Assembly (NCBI GenBank): GCA_938002255.1
Contig: CALLAL010000012.1
Span: forward strand, 41,456 to 105,455
Direction: 5' to 3'
Source: an uncultured bacterium
Lineage (GTDB): Bacteria > Desulfobacterota > BSN033 > UBA1163
DNA length: 64,000 nucleotides
Shown here: piece after piece, positions 9,681 to 19,710 of the stretch
Position numbering within the stretch: position 1 is the stretch's first letter
How the letters are laid out: each line of letters opens with the position of its first letter
Made by a program: the position numbers and the translations under genes
Notes under the pieces: generated by a model
Seen by the model: only the letters and a program-made list of their open reading frames with translations
What the model was told of the DNA's origin: nothing
Databases searched by the model: none

Positions 9681-11228
9681 ATGATTAACGTTGGCGATTG
9701 GATCAAAAAATGGAGCATTCTTCAGCCTTATAAAGAGGCTCTATTTTTTGAGGGTCACCCAATCACCTACCTCCAATTGAACCATCGCATTAACCAGTTA
9801 TCTCATCTCTTCTTAGCCATGGGGATTGGAAGAGGAGACCGCGTGGCTGTTTTACTCTATAACTGTCCTCCTTATCTTGAAATCTTTTTCGCTCTCTCGA
9901 AGATCGGAGCTATTCTCGTTCCTCTTAACTGGAGGCTGGCAGGGCCAGAACTCGAGTTTATCCTTCGAGACAGTGGTTCCCGACTCCTCATCTTTGAGCC
10001 AGAGTTTGAAAAAATGGTCGCTTTGATCCGGTCTCATTTAACCCTCCCCAACGGAAACTACATCTCTGTGGGAGAGCCTCATCCGGATTGGGCGATGGAA
10101 TATGAAGCATCCCTGGCAAGGTATCCCATCGATGAACTTTCCGAGCCTCATAATGCCGGTGATGACGATCCCCATATCATCATGTACACATCCGGGACAA
10201 CGGGGATTCCAAAGGGTGCTGTCCTCTCCCATCGGAAAACCTTCTTTAACGTCCTCAACGCAGACATTGTCTATAATCTTACCTCCAGGGACATCATGAT
10301 CGTTTCCAGGCCTATGTTTCACTCCGGAGGACTTCTGGTAGAGTCCGCCCCTGTTCTCTACAAGGGTGGAACCCTCATTTTAAAGAAAAGATTTCGCCCC
10401 GAAGAAATACTTGAGGCGATTGAACGATATCGTGTAACGATTCTCGAACTGGCCGCTACGGTTTACCAATTCATTTTACAACAATGTGACTTAAGTCGTT
10501 ACGATCTTCGGTCTGTCCGTTGTTACTTCACCGGTGGCGAACGGATTCCAATCTCGTTACTCAAAGAATATGCGCAAAAGGGAATCGTCATCTCTCAAAT
10601 CTTTGGTCAGACCGAAGCCTCCACCATCACCTTTCTCTCCTCTGAAAAAGCGATCGAAAAAATCGGATCTGTAGGCCTTCCTGTCTTTCACGGAGAGGTA
10701 AAAATCGTTAATAAAGAGGGAAAGGAGGTGGGTTCGGATGAGGTAGGAGAAATTATTGTCAAAGGTCCAACCCTGATGAACGGCTACTGGAACCGACCGG
10801 ATCTCACGGCTGAAACGATTCGGGATGGCTGGCTCTATACCGGAGATCTGGCAAAAAAGGACAAAGAAGGGTATGTATATATCGTCGATCGGGAACGGGA
10901 TATGTATATCAGTGGAGGAGAAAATGTCTATCCGGCTGAAATCGAAAAGGTCTTTTTTACTCACCCGAAAATCTTAGACGTAGGAGTCGTCGGGGTTCCA
11001 GATGGAACATGGGGAGAAGTGGGAAAGGCTTACCTTGTCCTTAAGCCAGGCGAAACAATGGAAGCGGAAGAAGCCCTCACCTTTCTTCAGGGAAAGATCG
11101 CCAGATTTAAGATTCCCAAGTACGTAGAGTTTGTAGAAAAACTTCCTAAAACGGCCAGTGGCAAAATTCAAAAATTCATTTTAAAAGAATGGCACCAGTC
11201 GAAGACTAAGTCTGGAGTTTGGAGTTAG
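9681..11228 (+). CDS. AMP-dependent acyl-CoA synthetase/ligase
   Basis: AMP-binding motif YTSGTTGIPKG and the C-terminal lysine region (SGKIQK). Confidence 0.85.
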   Translation: MINVGDWIKKWSILQPYKEALFFEGHPITYLQLNHRINQLSHLFLAMGIGRGDRVAVLLYNCPPYLEIFFALSKIGAILVPLNWRLAGPELEFILRDSGSRLLIFEPEFEKMVALIRSHLTLPNGNYISVGEPHPDWAMEYEASLARYPIDELSEPHNAGDDDPHIIMYTSGTTGIPKGAVLSHRKTFFNVLNADIVYNLTSRDIMIVSRPMFHSGGLLVESAPVLYKGGTLILKKRFRPEEILEAIERYRVTILELAATVYQFILQQCDLSRYDLRSVRCYFTGGERIPISLLKEYAQKGIVISQIFGQTEASTITFLSSEKAIEKIGSVGLPVFHGEVKIVNKEGKEVGSDEVGEIIVKGPTLMNGYWNRPDLTAETIRDGWLYTGDLAKKDKEGYVYIVDRERDMYISGGENVYPAEIEKVFFTHPKILDVGVVGVPDGTWGEVGKAYLVLKPGETMEAEEALTFLQGKIARFKIPKYVEFVEKLPKTASGKIQKFILKEWHQSKTKSGVWS

Positions 11229-11264
11229 GGGTTCAGAGTGTGAATCAATACTCTGAAAGATGCT

Positions 11265-13370
11265 ATGGAGGCATTTATGACTCAAAAGGTTTATCGGTTA
11301 GGGTGTGATATTGGAGGAACGTTTACAGATTTTGTCTTGCTCAACGATGAGACCGGAGAGATCAAAACGTACAAGTGCCTCACCACTCCTAAAGACCCTT
11401 CGGATGCGGTAGAAGCGGGAATTCGGGGATTGGAGAGAGATACTCCAAATTTTATAGGAAAGCTTGATGAAGTCATTCATGGGACAACCCTGGTCATCAA
11501 TGCCATCATCGAAAGAAAGGGAGCAAAGACTGCACTCATCACAACCAAGGGCTTCCGAGATGTTCTCGAGATCGGGAGAGGAATCCGGTACGCCCCTTAT
11601 GATATCTTTGCTGAATTTCCAAAGCCCCTCATCCCGAGACGTCTCCGTTTCGAAGTGGATGAAAGGATTCGTAGTGACGGAAGCGTCCTAAAGCCTCTGG
11701 ACCTTCAAGAAGCCAGGCAGGTGATCCAGGAAATTCTTAAAGAGAACGTCGAATCAATTGCAGTCTGCCTGCTTAATTCATTTGAAAATCCCACCCATGA
11801 GCTGATGCTCAAAGAACTAATCGAAAAAGAAGCGCCAGGTCTTTCCGTTTCCATATCCTTTCAAGTCTTGCCTCAGATCAAAGAATATGAGCGCACCAGC
11901 ACCACTGCAACGAATGCCTACGTCAAACCCCTTACGGGACGGTATCTTTCGAAATTGTCTGGGAGACTTGAACGCATCGGGTTTAAAGGAAAACTCTTCA
12001 TCATGCTCTCCAGCGGAGGCGTGACCTCTGTCGAAACCGCTGCTGAGTTTCCAGTCCGAATTATCGAATCCGGACCAACAGCCGCCGTGATTGCAGGCCA
12101 ATATTATGGCCGCCTCTTTAACATCTCGGAGATGTTCTGCTTCGACATGGGGGGAACAACTGCTAAATCGTGTTTAATTCAAAAGGGTGAAGCCGGTGTT
12201 GTTCCGACCTTTGAAGTCGGTCGCGTCCAGAGATTTATGAAGGGAAGTGGACTGACCATTCAGGTGCCGGTGGTGGATTTAATGGAAATCGGAGCGGGAG
12301 GGGGCAGCATCGCAAGGGTCAGCCGTATGGGAACCCTTCAGGTAGGACCTGAGAGTTCAGGGGCCGATCCAGGCCCTATCTGTTATGGCATTGGAGGAAC
12401 AGAACCCTGTGTCACTGACGCCGATCTTTTGTTAGGGTATCTCGATGAAAATTATTTTCTCGGCGGTAAAATGAAACTTGATAAAGAGGCGGCAAAAAAA
12501 GGAGTGGAAGAGAAAGTAGCTCACCCTCTGGGCGTCACCTACCTTCAGGCGGTATGGGGTATTCACGATCTCATCAATGAGACGATGGCCGCCGCTGCCA
12601 AGACGCATATCGCAGAGAAAGGTGGTAATCCAAAGATTGTGACCATCGTCGCGTTCGGCGGTGCTGGACCGGTCCATGCTTATGGATTAGCCAAGAAACT
12701 AGGGGCACCTCGTCTGCTTGTCCCCCCCAATGCTGGAGTCGGTTCTGCTCTTGGATTCTTTACCGCGCCTCGGGCCTATGATGTGCTTAGAAGCCATAAG
12801 GTCGCGCTCAGCACTGCTGATTTTAACGAAATTGAGAGGATTTTTAGGGAACTCGAAGAGGAAGCTTCCAAGATTCTGAAGAAACAAGCAGCGGAATCAG
12901 AGATTTATTACGAGCGATCTCTTGATATGAGATTTGTTGGTCAAGGTTCGGAGACAAATGTTCCAATTCCCAGGGAAGAGTTCAAAAAATTGAGTCAGGA
13001 AGAAATCCGCCGCAGGTTCGATGAGATTTATAAAAAATTATATGGGAGAACTTATCCTGACTCTGAAGTAGAGTTCATCAATTTTAAAATAAGAGCCAGT
13101 CTCCCTGAACGGACTTTACGCCTTCCAAAGATTGATAAGAAGAGGCGGTCCCTCACGGAGGCGATCAAAGGGAAACGGTCAGCATATTCATCACTGGTTA
13201 AGGATTTTATCCCTTTTACAATATATGATCGATACCAACTTTTCCCGGAGGCCGCTTTCAAAGGGCCTGCCATCATCGAAGAAAAGGAGTCCACCGTTAT
13301 TGTCGGTGAGGACGCCACGGTCTTTGTTGATGACTTTGGATTTTTGTGGATCAACCTGACCAATGAATAG
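11265..13370 (+). CDS. Hydantoinase/oxoprolinase A-family ATP-dependent hydrolase/carboxylase, alpha-type subunit
   Basis: N-terminal LGCDIGGTFTDFVL actin-like ATPase motif; 701 aa. Confidence 0.85.
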   Translation: MEAFMTQKVYRLGCDIGGTFTDFVLLNDETGEIKTYKCLTTPKDPSDAVEAGIRGLERDTPNFIGKLDEVIHGTTLVINAIIERKGAKTALITTKGFRDVLEIGRGIRYAPYDIFAEFPKPLIPRRLRFEVDERIRSDGSVLKPLDLQEARQVIQEILKENVESIAVCLLNSFENPTHELMLKELIEKEAPGLSVSISFQVLPQIKEYERTSTTATNAYVKPLTGRYLSKLSGRLERIGFKGKLFIMLSSGGVTSVETAAEFPVRIIESGPTAAVIAGQYYGRLFNISEMFCFDMGGTTAKSCLIQKGEAGVVPTFEVGRVQRFMKGSGLTIQVPVVDLMEIGAGGGSIARVSRMGTLQVGPESSGADPGPICYGIGGTEPCVTDADLLLGYLDENYFLGGKMKLDKEAAKKGVEEKVAHPLGVTYLQAVWGIHDLINETMAAAAKTHIAEKGGNPKIVTIVAFGGAGPVHAYGLAKKLGAPRLLVPPNAGVGSALGFFTAPRAYDVLRSHKVALSTADFNEIERIFRELEEEASKILKKQAAESEIYYERSLDMRFVGQGSETNVPIPREEFKKLSQEEIRRRFDEIYKKLYGRTYPDSEVEFINFKIRASLPERTLRLPKIDKKRRSLTEAIKGKRSAYSSLVKDFIPFTIYDRYQLFPEAAFKGPAIIEEKESTVIVGEDATVFVDDFGFLWINLTNE

Positions 13371-13433
13371 CACAAATGGGAACGACTCACACGAATCAGG
13401 CGTTTTCTTGCCATTTGTTATGATTCGTGCCCA

Positions 13434-15194
13434 TTGTGTTTTTATGGAGGGAACATGGGACCAACCTTTGACCCCATCACCTTAGAAATTTTATGGCGGA
13501 GATTGATTTCGATTGTTGACGAAGCGGACAGTGCAGTCGCCCGGACCGCTTTCTCCAGTCTCCTTCGTGATGCTCACGACTATACCTGCATGTTTACGGA
13601 CCAGAAAGGACGAGAGTTGGCACAGGGCTCCTTTGCAACGCCAGGACAGTCGGGGGCTATGGCATTGGGGATTAAGAATTTGGTCACCCGGCTGCCTTTA
13701 GACACTTACAAACCCGGGGACATCTTTATCACTAATGATCCATGGGCATTAGCAGGACACCTGAACGATGTATGTGTTATGAGTCCTGTGTTTTATAATC
13801 AACAATTGGTTGCATTTACGGCTTGCGTCTTCCATCACTCAGATATTGGTGGCCGCGTCTCCTCCGACAACCACGATGTCTTTGAGGAAGGACTTTTCAT
13901 TCCCTTTGTAAAACTTTATGAGGGAGGGATCCTTAATCAATCTGTGATCGACATGATTCGGTGGAATGTTCGAACACCGGATGAAGTGATCGGAGACATT
14001 CGTTCTCAAATTGCCGCCAACCATGTTTGTTCTGAAAAAATCTGCCAGATGCTAAAGGAAAACGGGCTGGATCGTCTCGACGATCTCGCAGACCAGATCA
14101 TTCATCGCACAGAAAAGAGCATGAGGGAAGAGATTGAGAAGATCCCTGATGGGATCTATCAAGCCGAGGGAATGATAGAGCAGATGAAGGGCCAACAGGA
14201 TGTCGTCATTAAAGCAACGGTTGAAGTCAAGGGAAGCGACATCGTCGTAGATTTAACGGGGTCCTCTCCTCAAGTGAATTGGGGCGGGAATGTGGTCTAT
14301 AATTTTACCTACGCCTATGTTTTCATGGCCATTAAGAGTATGTTCGGTCCCGACATACCCAATAACGATGGCTGCGCAAGCCCCATCACCCTCCTGGCAC
14401 CGGAGGGGACTGTGGTCAACTGCCGATTTCCTGCAGCCGTTGCCGCACGTCTGGTCATCGGTCATTTCCTAACAGAGATCATCTATCGGGCGCTTGGCAA
14501 AGTGGCTCCTGATAAAGTGATTGCCGCCAGTGGGGGGACCCCTGCACAGATGAATGTCTTTTATGGGAAGAGAAAGAATGGGAAACCTTGGCACTCCGTG
14601 ATCATTCGAGGAGGTGGAATGGGTGCCAGCGTGAGAAGCGATGGCAATTATGTCTATATCTTTCCTGCAAACGGTGCCAATACCCCAATAGAGATTTTTG
14701 AAAGCGATACCCCCCTGATCGTGGAGCGAAGGGAACTGATCCCTGATTCAGGAGGTCCTGGCAAAATGAAAGGAGGACTCGGCCAGAGAGAGGTCTTCCG
14801 AATCCCCGATGATGAATATGGACCCCTTCCTCCAGTGAATCTTGGCATTCAAGCCGGAAGGCATGTCTATCCTCCTGAGGGTCTTTTCGGTGGTAAGCCG
14901 GGTTTGAAGGCAAAATTTCTTGTGGATGGCGTACCCGGAAACCCTTTTGGATTGACGCAACTCAATCCAGGGAGCGTGGTAACCATCGACGCAGCAGGCG
15001 GAGGGGGTTACGGCAATCCGTTTGAACGCGATCCAGAAATGGTTGAAAGAGATGTGCAGGAAGGTTATGTGAGTCTCGATAAGGCAAAAGAAGACTATGG
15101 CGTGGTCATCGACCCAAAGACATTGAAAGTAGATTGGGAGGCGACTAAAAGACAGAGGGAAAAGTTATCAGACGATGTGCCAACCCTTCGATAG
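13434..15194 (+). CDS. Hydantoinase B/oxoprolinase-family subunit
   Basis: HyuB family (DPITLEILWRRL start, 586 aa) immediately downstream of the A subunit. Confidence 0.85.
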   Translation: MCFYGGNMGPTFDPITLEILWRRLISIVDEADSAVARTAFSSLLRDAHDYTCMFTDQKGRELAQGSFATPGQSGAMALGIKNLVTRLPLDTYKPGDIFITNDPWALAGHLNDVCVMSPVFYNQQLVAFTACVFHHSDIGGRVSSDNHDVFEEGLFIPFVKLYEGGILNQSVIDMIRWNVRTPDEVIGDIRSQIAANHVCSEKICQMLKENGLDRLDDLADQIIHRTEKSMREEIEKIPDGIYQAEGMIEQMKGQQDVVIKATVEVKGSDIVVDLTGSSPQVNWGGNVVYNFTYAYVFMAIKSMFGPDIPNNDGCASPITLLAPEGTVVNCRFPAAVAARLVIGHFLTEIIYRALGKVAPDKVIAASGGTPAQMNVFYGKRKNGKPWHSVIIRGGGMGASVRSDGNYVYIFPANGANTPIEIFESDTPLIVERRELIPDSGGPGKMKGGLGQREVFRIPDDEYGPLPPVNLGIQAGRHVYPPEGLFGGKPGLKAKFLVDGVPGNPFGLTQLNPGSVVTIDAAGGGGYGNPFERDPEMVERDVQEGYVSLDKAKEDYGVVIDPKTLKVDWEATKRQREKLSDDVPTLR

Positions 15195-15295
15195 ATGAAA
15201 TAATAGACTCCCGGGGGCTAAACATTTTGTGAAAATATTCTCTTGACGGTTGAGAATTTTTTTTATACGATTGGTCTTGATTCGGAGGGAACAAG

Positions 15296-16588
15296 ATGGG
15301 AAAGAGTTTTATGCCAACGATTCGGACAGAAAGAGAACTAAAAAAGGTCCAATTAGAAGGACTTCAATGGACAGTCAATCACGTTTATCAGCATTCTGAA
15401 TTTTATCGGAATCGTTTCGATGAAGCAGGCGTTAAACCCAGACATATCAAATCGCTTAAAGACATTTCAAAACTTCCCTTCACCACAGCCGCCGACCTTC
15501 AGGAGGGGTACCCTTTCCCCTTAAGGTCGGTCCCCTTCGAAAAAATTGTGAGAATTCATGCCTCCTCCGGTACCACAGGGAAAAGGAAAGTGCTCTGTTA
15601 TACCCAGAAAGATATCAGCGACTGGGCAAATATGTTTGCCCGATGTTATGAAATGGCAGGTTTAACCCCAAAAGATCGAGTACAAATTGCTGTAGGTTAC
15701 GGAGTTTGGACAGCGGGGGTTGGATTTCAGTTGGGGTGTGAGCGTCTGGGAGCAATGGCCATACCTGTGGGTCCTGGAAATATTGATATGCAATGCCAAT
15801 TTCTCGAAGATTTTCGACCCACGGTCATCTGCGCTACAGCCTCCATGGCCCTTCTCATGGGTGAAGAGGTTGAAAAGAGAGGGATCAGGGAAAAGATTGG
15901 TTTAAGAAAAGTGATCATGGGTTCAGAGCGTTCGAGTGATGCCATGAGGGCAAGGATGAAGGACCTCCTCGGAGTGGACCATGTCTTTGACATCACAGGC
16001 TTGACAGAACTTTATGGTCCAGGGACCGGTATTGATTGCGACCGTCACGAAGGAATCCATTATTGGGCAGATTACTACATTCTCGAACTCCTTAATCCGG
16101 AAACTCTTCAACCGGTGCCCCCAGGCGAAACCGGTGAAATGGTAGTCACAACGCTCCGGAAAGAGGCCGCCCCTCTCATCCGCTATCGCACTCGGGACCT
16201 TACACGACTGATCCCAAAAAAATGTTCCTGTGGTTCCATTCTCCCCATGCATGACCGACTGCTTGGACGATCAGATGATATGTTTATTATTCGAGCTGTT
16301 AATATCTATCCGGGACAGATTGACCACATTCTCTCAAACACTAAAGGAATAGGCAGCGAATATCAGATACATCTTGATCGAAAAGAGGATGGAAAAGATT
16401 ACATGACCATTAAAGTGGAGCGGGCAGAAGGAGAAACTCCGGATCAAGATGCTGTGTTGGTACAAACCCTTGAATCAGAGATCAAAACGCAGATTCTGGT
16501 AAGCGGAAAGGTAGAAATTGTTGATTACGGCTCTCTTCCCCGCTCGGAGAGAAAGAGCAAACGAGTTTTTGATCACAGAGGAATTTAA
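15296..16588 (+). CDS. PaaK-family aryl-acetate-CoA ligase (phenylacetate/indoleacetate-CoA ligase-like)
   Basis: PaaK/F390-synthetase family: LKDISKLPFTTAADL, SSGTTGKRKV, about 430 aa; a sigma-70-like promoter lies upstream at 15252. Confidence 0.8.
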   Translation: MGKSFMPTIRTERELKKVQLEGLQWTVNHVYQHSEFYRNRFDEAGVKPRHIKSLKDISKLPFTTAADLQEGYPFPLRSVPFEKIVRIHASSGTTGKRKVLCYTQKDISDWANMFARCYEMAGLTPKDRVQIAVGYGVWTAGVGFQLGCERLGAMAIPVGPGNIDMQCQFLEDFRPTVICATASMALLMGEEVEKRGIREKIGLRKVIMGSERSSDAMRARMKDLLGVDHVFDITGLTELYGPGTGIDCDRHEGIHYWADYYILELLNPETLQPVPPGETGEMVVTTLRKEAAPLIRYRTRDLTRLIPKKCSCGSILPMHDRLLGRSDDMFIIRAVNIYPGQIDHILSNTKGIGSEYQIHLDRKEDGKDYMTIKVERAEGETPDQDAVLVQTLESEIKTQILVSGKVEIVDYGSLPRSERKSKRVFDHRGI

Positions 16589-16750
16589 TTCCTCTTTTAG
16601 AAGGAGGTGATGGAAAGAGATTTTTTAAAGACCAGAGGAACGTGTTGAAATCTTTTTCAAAACCTTATTCTTTTGCCTTGAGCCAATGGTCTCATGATAG
16701 TTAGTTCCCTAACCTTTTCCGGTTCTTCAATTTTAGAAAGGAGGAAAGAA

Positions 16751-17788
16751 ATGGTGAAAAAGGCTCTTCTATTATCCCTCTCAGGAATGCTGGTTTTATT
16801 CGGAACATTCGGTTTGATGGTTACAACTCCAGCTCAAGCCCAGATTAAACTAAGTTATGCGAATTTTCCGCCAGCCCCGACATTCCCCTGCGTGCAAATG
16901 GAGCGATGGAAGACAGAGGTTGAAAAGAGAACAGCAGGAAAAGTAAAAATCGACACCTACCCTGGAGGAACCCTGCTGGGAGCGAAAAACATGTTCGATG
17001 GCGTGGCCGCAGGAACAGCAGATATTGGTTCTACGGCAACCTCCTATTTCCCGGGAATGTTTCCTGTAGTCGAATTCGTTGATCTCCCCCTTGGTTGGCC
17101 CAGTGCCACTGTTGCAAGTGCTGCGCTTTACGAACTCGTGGATAAATATAAACCCAAAGAACTTGAAAAATTCAAAGTCCTCACGATGTTCACCTGTCCT
17201 CCTGCTAACATCATGTCCATGAAACCCATTCTCAGCCTTGAGGATCTGAAGGGCTATCCATTAAGGGCTTCTGGGACAGGGGCTAAAATTTTGGGTCTTC
17301 TTGGAGCCTCGGCAGTCGGCATGCCACAATCTGATGTTCCTGAAGCTATTCAGAAAGGTGTGATCAAAGGGAATGTCTCTTCTCTCGAAGTGATGAAGGA
17401 TTTCAAATACGCGGAGTATTGCAAACATGTGACCGCCAATGTCAACCTCTTTGTCGTCTCCTTTGCAGTCGTCATGAATCAGAAGAAATGGGATTCTTTG
17501 CCCGCAGATGTGAAGAAGGTGATGGATGACCTTCGCCTGGATCAGGCCATCTGGACAGGAAAATATGTGGATAACCATGTGAAAGAGTCGATGAAATGGT
17601 CCGAACAGACTCATAATGTTCAGGTCTACAGACTCTCTCCAAAAGAAATCTCAAGATGGGATGCCTTACTCAAACCCATGGTTGATCAACATCTCAAGGA
17701 GGTTGAAGCAAAAGGGCTACCAGCAAAAGCAATCCTTGAAGATACCTTGAAACTGAAAGAGAAATACACCAAACAATTCCCGGATTGA
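16751..17788 (+). CDS. TRAP transporter substrate-binding protein, DctP family
   Basis: Signal peptide; DctP-type SBP, followed by dctQ and dctM; start placed at the ATG after a GGAGGAAAG RBS. Confidence 0.8.
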   Translation: MVKKALLLSLSGMLVLFGTFGLMVTTPAQAQIKLSYANFPPAPTFPCVQMERWKTEVEKRTAGKVKIDTYPGGTLLGAKNMFDGVAAGTADIGSTATSYFPGMFPVVEFVDLPLGWPSATVASAALYELVDKYKPKELEKFKVLTMFTCPPANIMSMKPILSLEDLKGYPLRASGTGAKILGLLGASAVGMPQSDVPEAIQKGVIKGNVSSLEVMKDFKYAEYCKHVTANVNLFVVSFAVVMNQKKWDSLPADVKKVMDDLRLDQAIWTGKYVDNHVKESMKWSEQTHNVQVYRLSPKEISRWDALLKPMVDQHLKEVEAKGLPAKAILEDTLKLKEKYTKQFPD

Positions 17789-17823
17789 TTTTGACAAGCG
17801 TTCTTTACAACGACAGGGCTAAT

Positions 17824-17867
17824 CTGGCGGGGTTATAACCCCGCCAGGCATCTTTATAATTTTTTTT
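17824..17867 (+). terminator. Intrinsic terminator/attenuator hairpin between dctP and dctQ
   Basis: Perfect 9-bp GC-rich stem CTGGCGGGG-TTATAA-CCCCGCCAG followed 12 nt later by a T8 run. Confidence 0.5.
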
Positions 17868-17892
17868 CGAACAACGAAGAGAGATACCCAGC

Positions 17893-18399
17893 ATGGAGAT
17901 TCGAAGGATGCTCAAATGGGATCAGTGGAGTAATCGTTTAAGCCTCTGGTTCAATTGGTTGGGGGCCATTGCCCTTGCCGGGTTAACTGGAATCGCTTGT
18001 GTGAATATGTTGATGCGAATTCTTGGATCCCCCTTCAAGGGAGCCTATGAACTGGTCGGATTTTTCGGCGCTCTCGTGGTGGCTTTGCCCCTTGGTTATG
18101 CTCAGATTAATCGGGCCCACATCGCCGTTGATATTTTAGGCAGGCGTTATTCCAATAAGGCAAAACGCATCATCAATGCCTTCAACGATCTGGTTTGCAT
18201 GAGTCTTTTCCTTCTGGTCGCCTGGCAGAGTTCCGTTTATGCTACAGCTATATGGAAAAGAGGTGAAACATCCGAAACCCTTCGAATCATCTATCATCCT
18301 TTTGTCTATCTGGTCGCTCTCTGCTGCCTCCTTCTTGCCTTTGTCCTGTGTATCAATTTTCTTAAATCGCTTTTCCCCCTAAAGGAGAAAAATAGATGA
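17893..18399 (+). CDS. TRAP transporter small permease, DctQ family
   Basis: 168 aa with 4 transmembrane segments, between dctP and dctM. Confidence 0.8.
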   Translation: MEIRRMLKWDQWSNRLSLWFNWLGAIALAGLTGIACVNMLMRILGSPFKGAYELVGFFGALVVALPLGYAQINRAHIAVDILGRRYSNKAKRIINAFNDLVCMSLFLLVAWQSSVYATAIWKRGETSETLRIIYHPFVYLVALCCLLLAFVLCINFLKSLFPLKEKNR

Positions 18400-19691
18400 T
18401 TGGCCTTCTTGGAATTGTTATCCTTCTTGGTGTTATGATTCTTCTTCAGATGCCTGTAGGATTCGCAATGGCACTCGTGGGGTTCCTCGGATTATGGTAT
18501 GTTACAGGAATTCAGTCAGCCCTTTCAACCATTGGAACAGAGACTTGGTCCATCTTTTCCTCTTACGGATTGACCGTCATCCCCCTCTTCATTCTCATGG
18601 GAACGGTCTGCTTCTATTCGGGAGTGAACAAAAGTCTGTATGAAACAGCGTATAAATGGTTTGGCCGAACCCGGGGGGGTATTGCGATGGCAACGATAAT
18701 GGCGTGTGCAGGATTTTCTGCCATCTGTGGTTCCAATAATGCAACAGCGGCAACCATGTCAACCGTCGCCCTTCCGGAGATGAAGAAGTACCATTATCAT
18801 AATGCCCTTTCCTCCGGATCCATCGCCTGTGGTTCAACGCTCGGAGTCGTGATCCCGCCCAGTGTGGTGCTGATTGTTTATGGCATTCAAACAGGCCAAT
18901 CGATTGGAAAGCTTTTTTGGGGCTCCACCCTTCCAGGCATTCTGATGGCAACCCTGTTTGCGCTTACCGTTTATTTCATCTGTCTGAGACATCCAGAATG
19001 GGGGCCGGGAGGACCAAAGGCAAGTTTGTTGGAAAAGATAAAGGCAACCCCTGGCATGACCGAGATGGTCATTCTGTTTGGTCTGGTCATGGGCGGATTA
19101 TACACAGGGGCTTATACACCGACCGAGGCGGGTGCTGCAGGAGCCTTCTTCGCTCTGCTCATCGCGGGGACGATTCGAAGAAAATTAACTTGGAAAGGAT
19201 TGGTTTCATCCTTTACAGATGCTCTCAGGGTTGCCTGCATGGTCATTGTTATTGTGTGGGGAGCAGTTATTTTTGGCCGGTTTCTCACGATTAGTCGTCT
19301 GCCCTTCCTTGCTGTTGATTTTGTTTCAGCTCTTCAGATCCCACCGTTCATGATCATTGTCTGTATTCTCTTGATTTATGCCATTGCAGGCATGGTGATG
19401 GACGCTCTTGGCTTTCTTCTCATCTCAATCCCCATATTCTTTCCCATGGCCATGAAACTTGGTTACGATCCGGTTTGGTTTGGTTGCCTCCTGACTGTGG
19501 TGACCACTTTAGGTGCAGTCACTCCTCCTGTAGGAATTTGCGCCTACGTGGTTTCAGGGATGGCACCCGATATTCCCCTTGCCACCGTCTTCAAAGGTAT
19601 TATGTGGTTCATTCCCGCATATGTCGTTACGATGGGAATGATCATCCTTTTTCCACAAATCGTTCTTTTTCTTCCCAGCTTGGTCCGATAA
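18396..19691 (+). CDS. TRAP transporter large permease, DctM family
   Basis: 431-aa polytopic permease; its start overlaps the dctQ stop (ATGA). Confidence 0.85.
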   Translation: MIGLLGIVILLGVMILLQMPVGFAMALVGFLGLWYVTGIQSALSTIGTETWSIFSSYGLTVIPLFILMGTVCFYSGVNKSLYETAYKWFGRTRGGIAMATIMACAGFSAICGSNNATAATMSTVALPEMKKYHYHNALSSGSIACGSTLGVVIPPSVVLIVYGIQTGQSIGKLFWGSTLPGILMATLFALTVYFICLRHPEWGPGGPKASLLEKIKATPGMTEMVILFGLVMGGLYTGAYTPTEAGAAGAFFALLIAGTIRRKLTWKGLVSSFTDALRVACMVIVIVWGAVIFGRFLTISRLPFLAVDFVSALQIPPFMIIVCILLIYAIAGMVMDALGFLLISIPIFFPMAMKLGYDPVWFGCLLTVVTTLGAVTPPVGICAYVVSGMAPDIPLATVFKGIMWFIPAYVVTMGMIILFPQIVLFLPSLVR

Positions 19692-19710
19692 AGGCTTAAC
19701 GGAGGCGCCG

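Noticed and set aside
11265-15194. Acetone or acetophenone carboxylase identity for the hydantoinase A/B pair
   Set aside because: There is no gene for a third (gamma) subunit or for Apc-type extra subunits adjacent. The two-subunit architecture fits hydantoinase-, oxoprolinase- or Iaa-type hydrolases better. This remains unresolved without a homology search.
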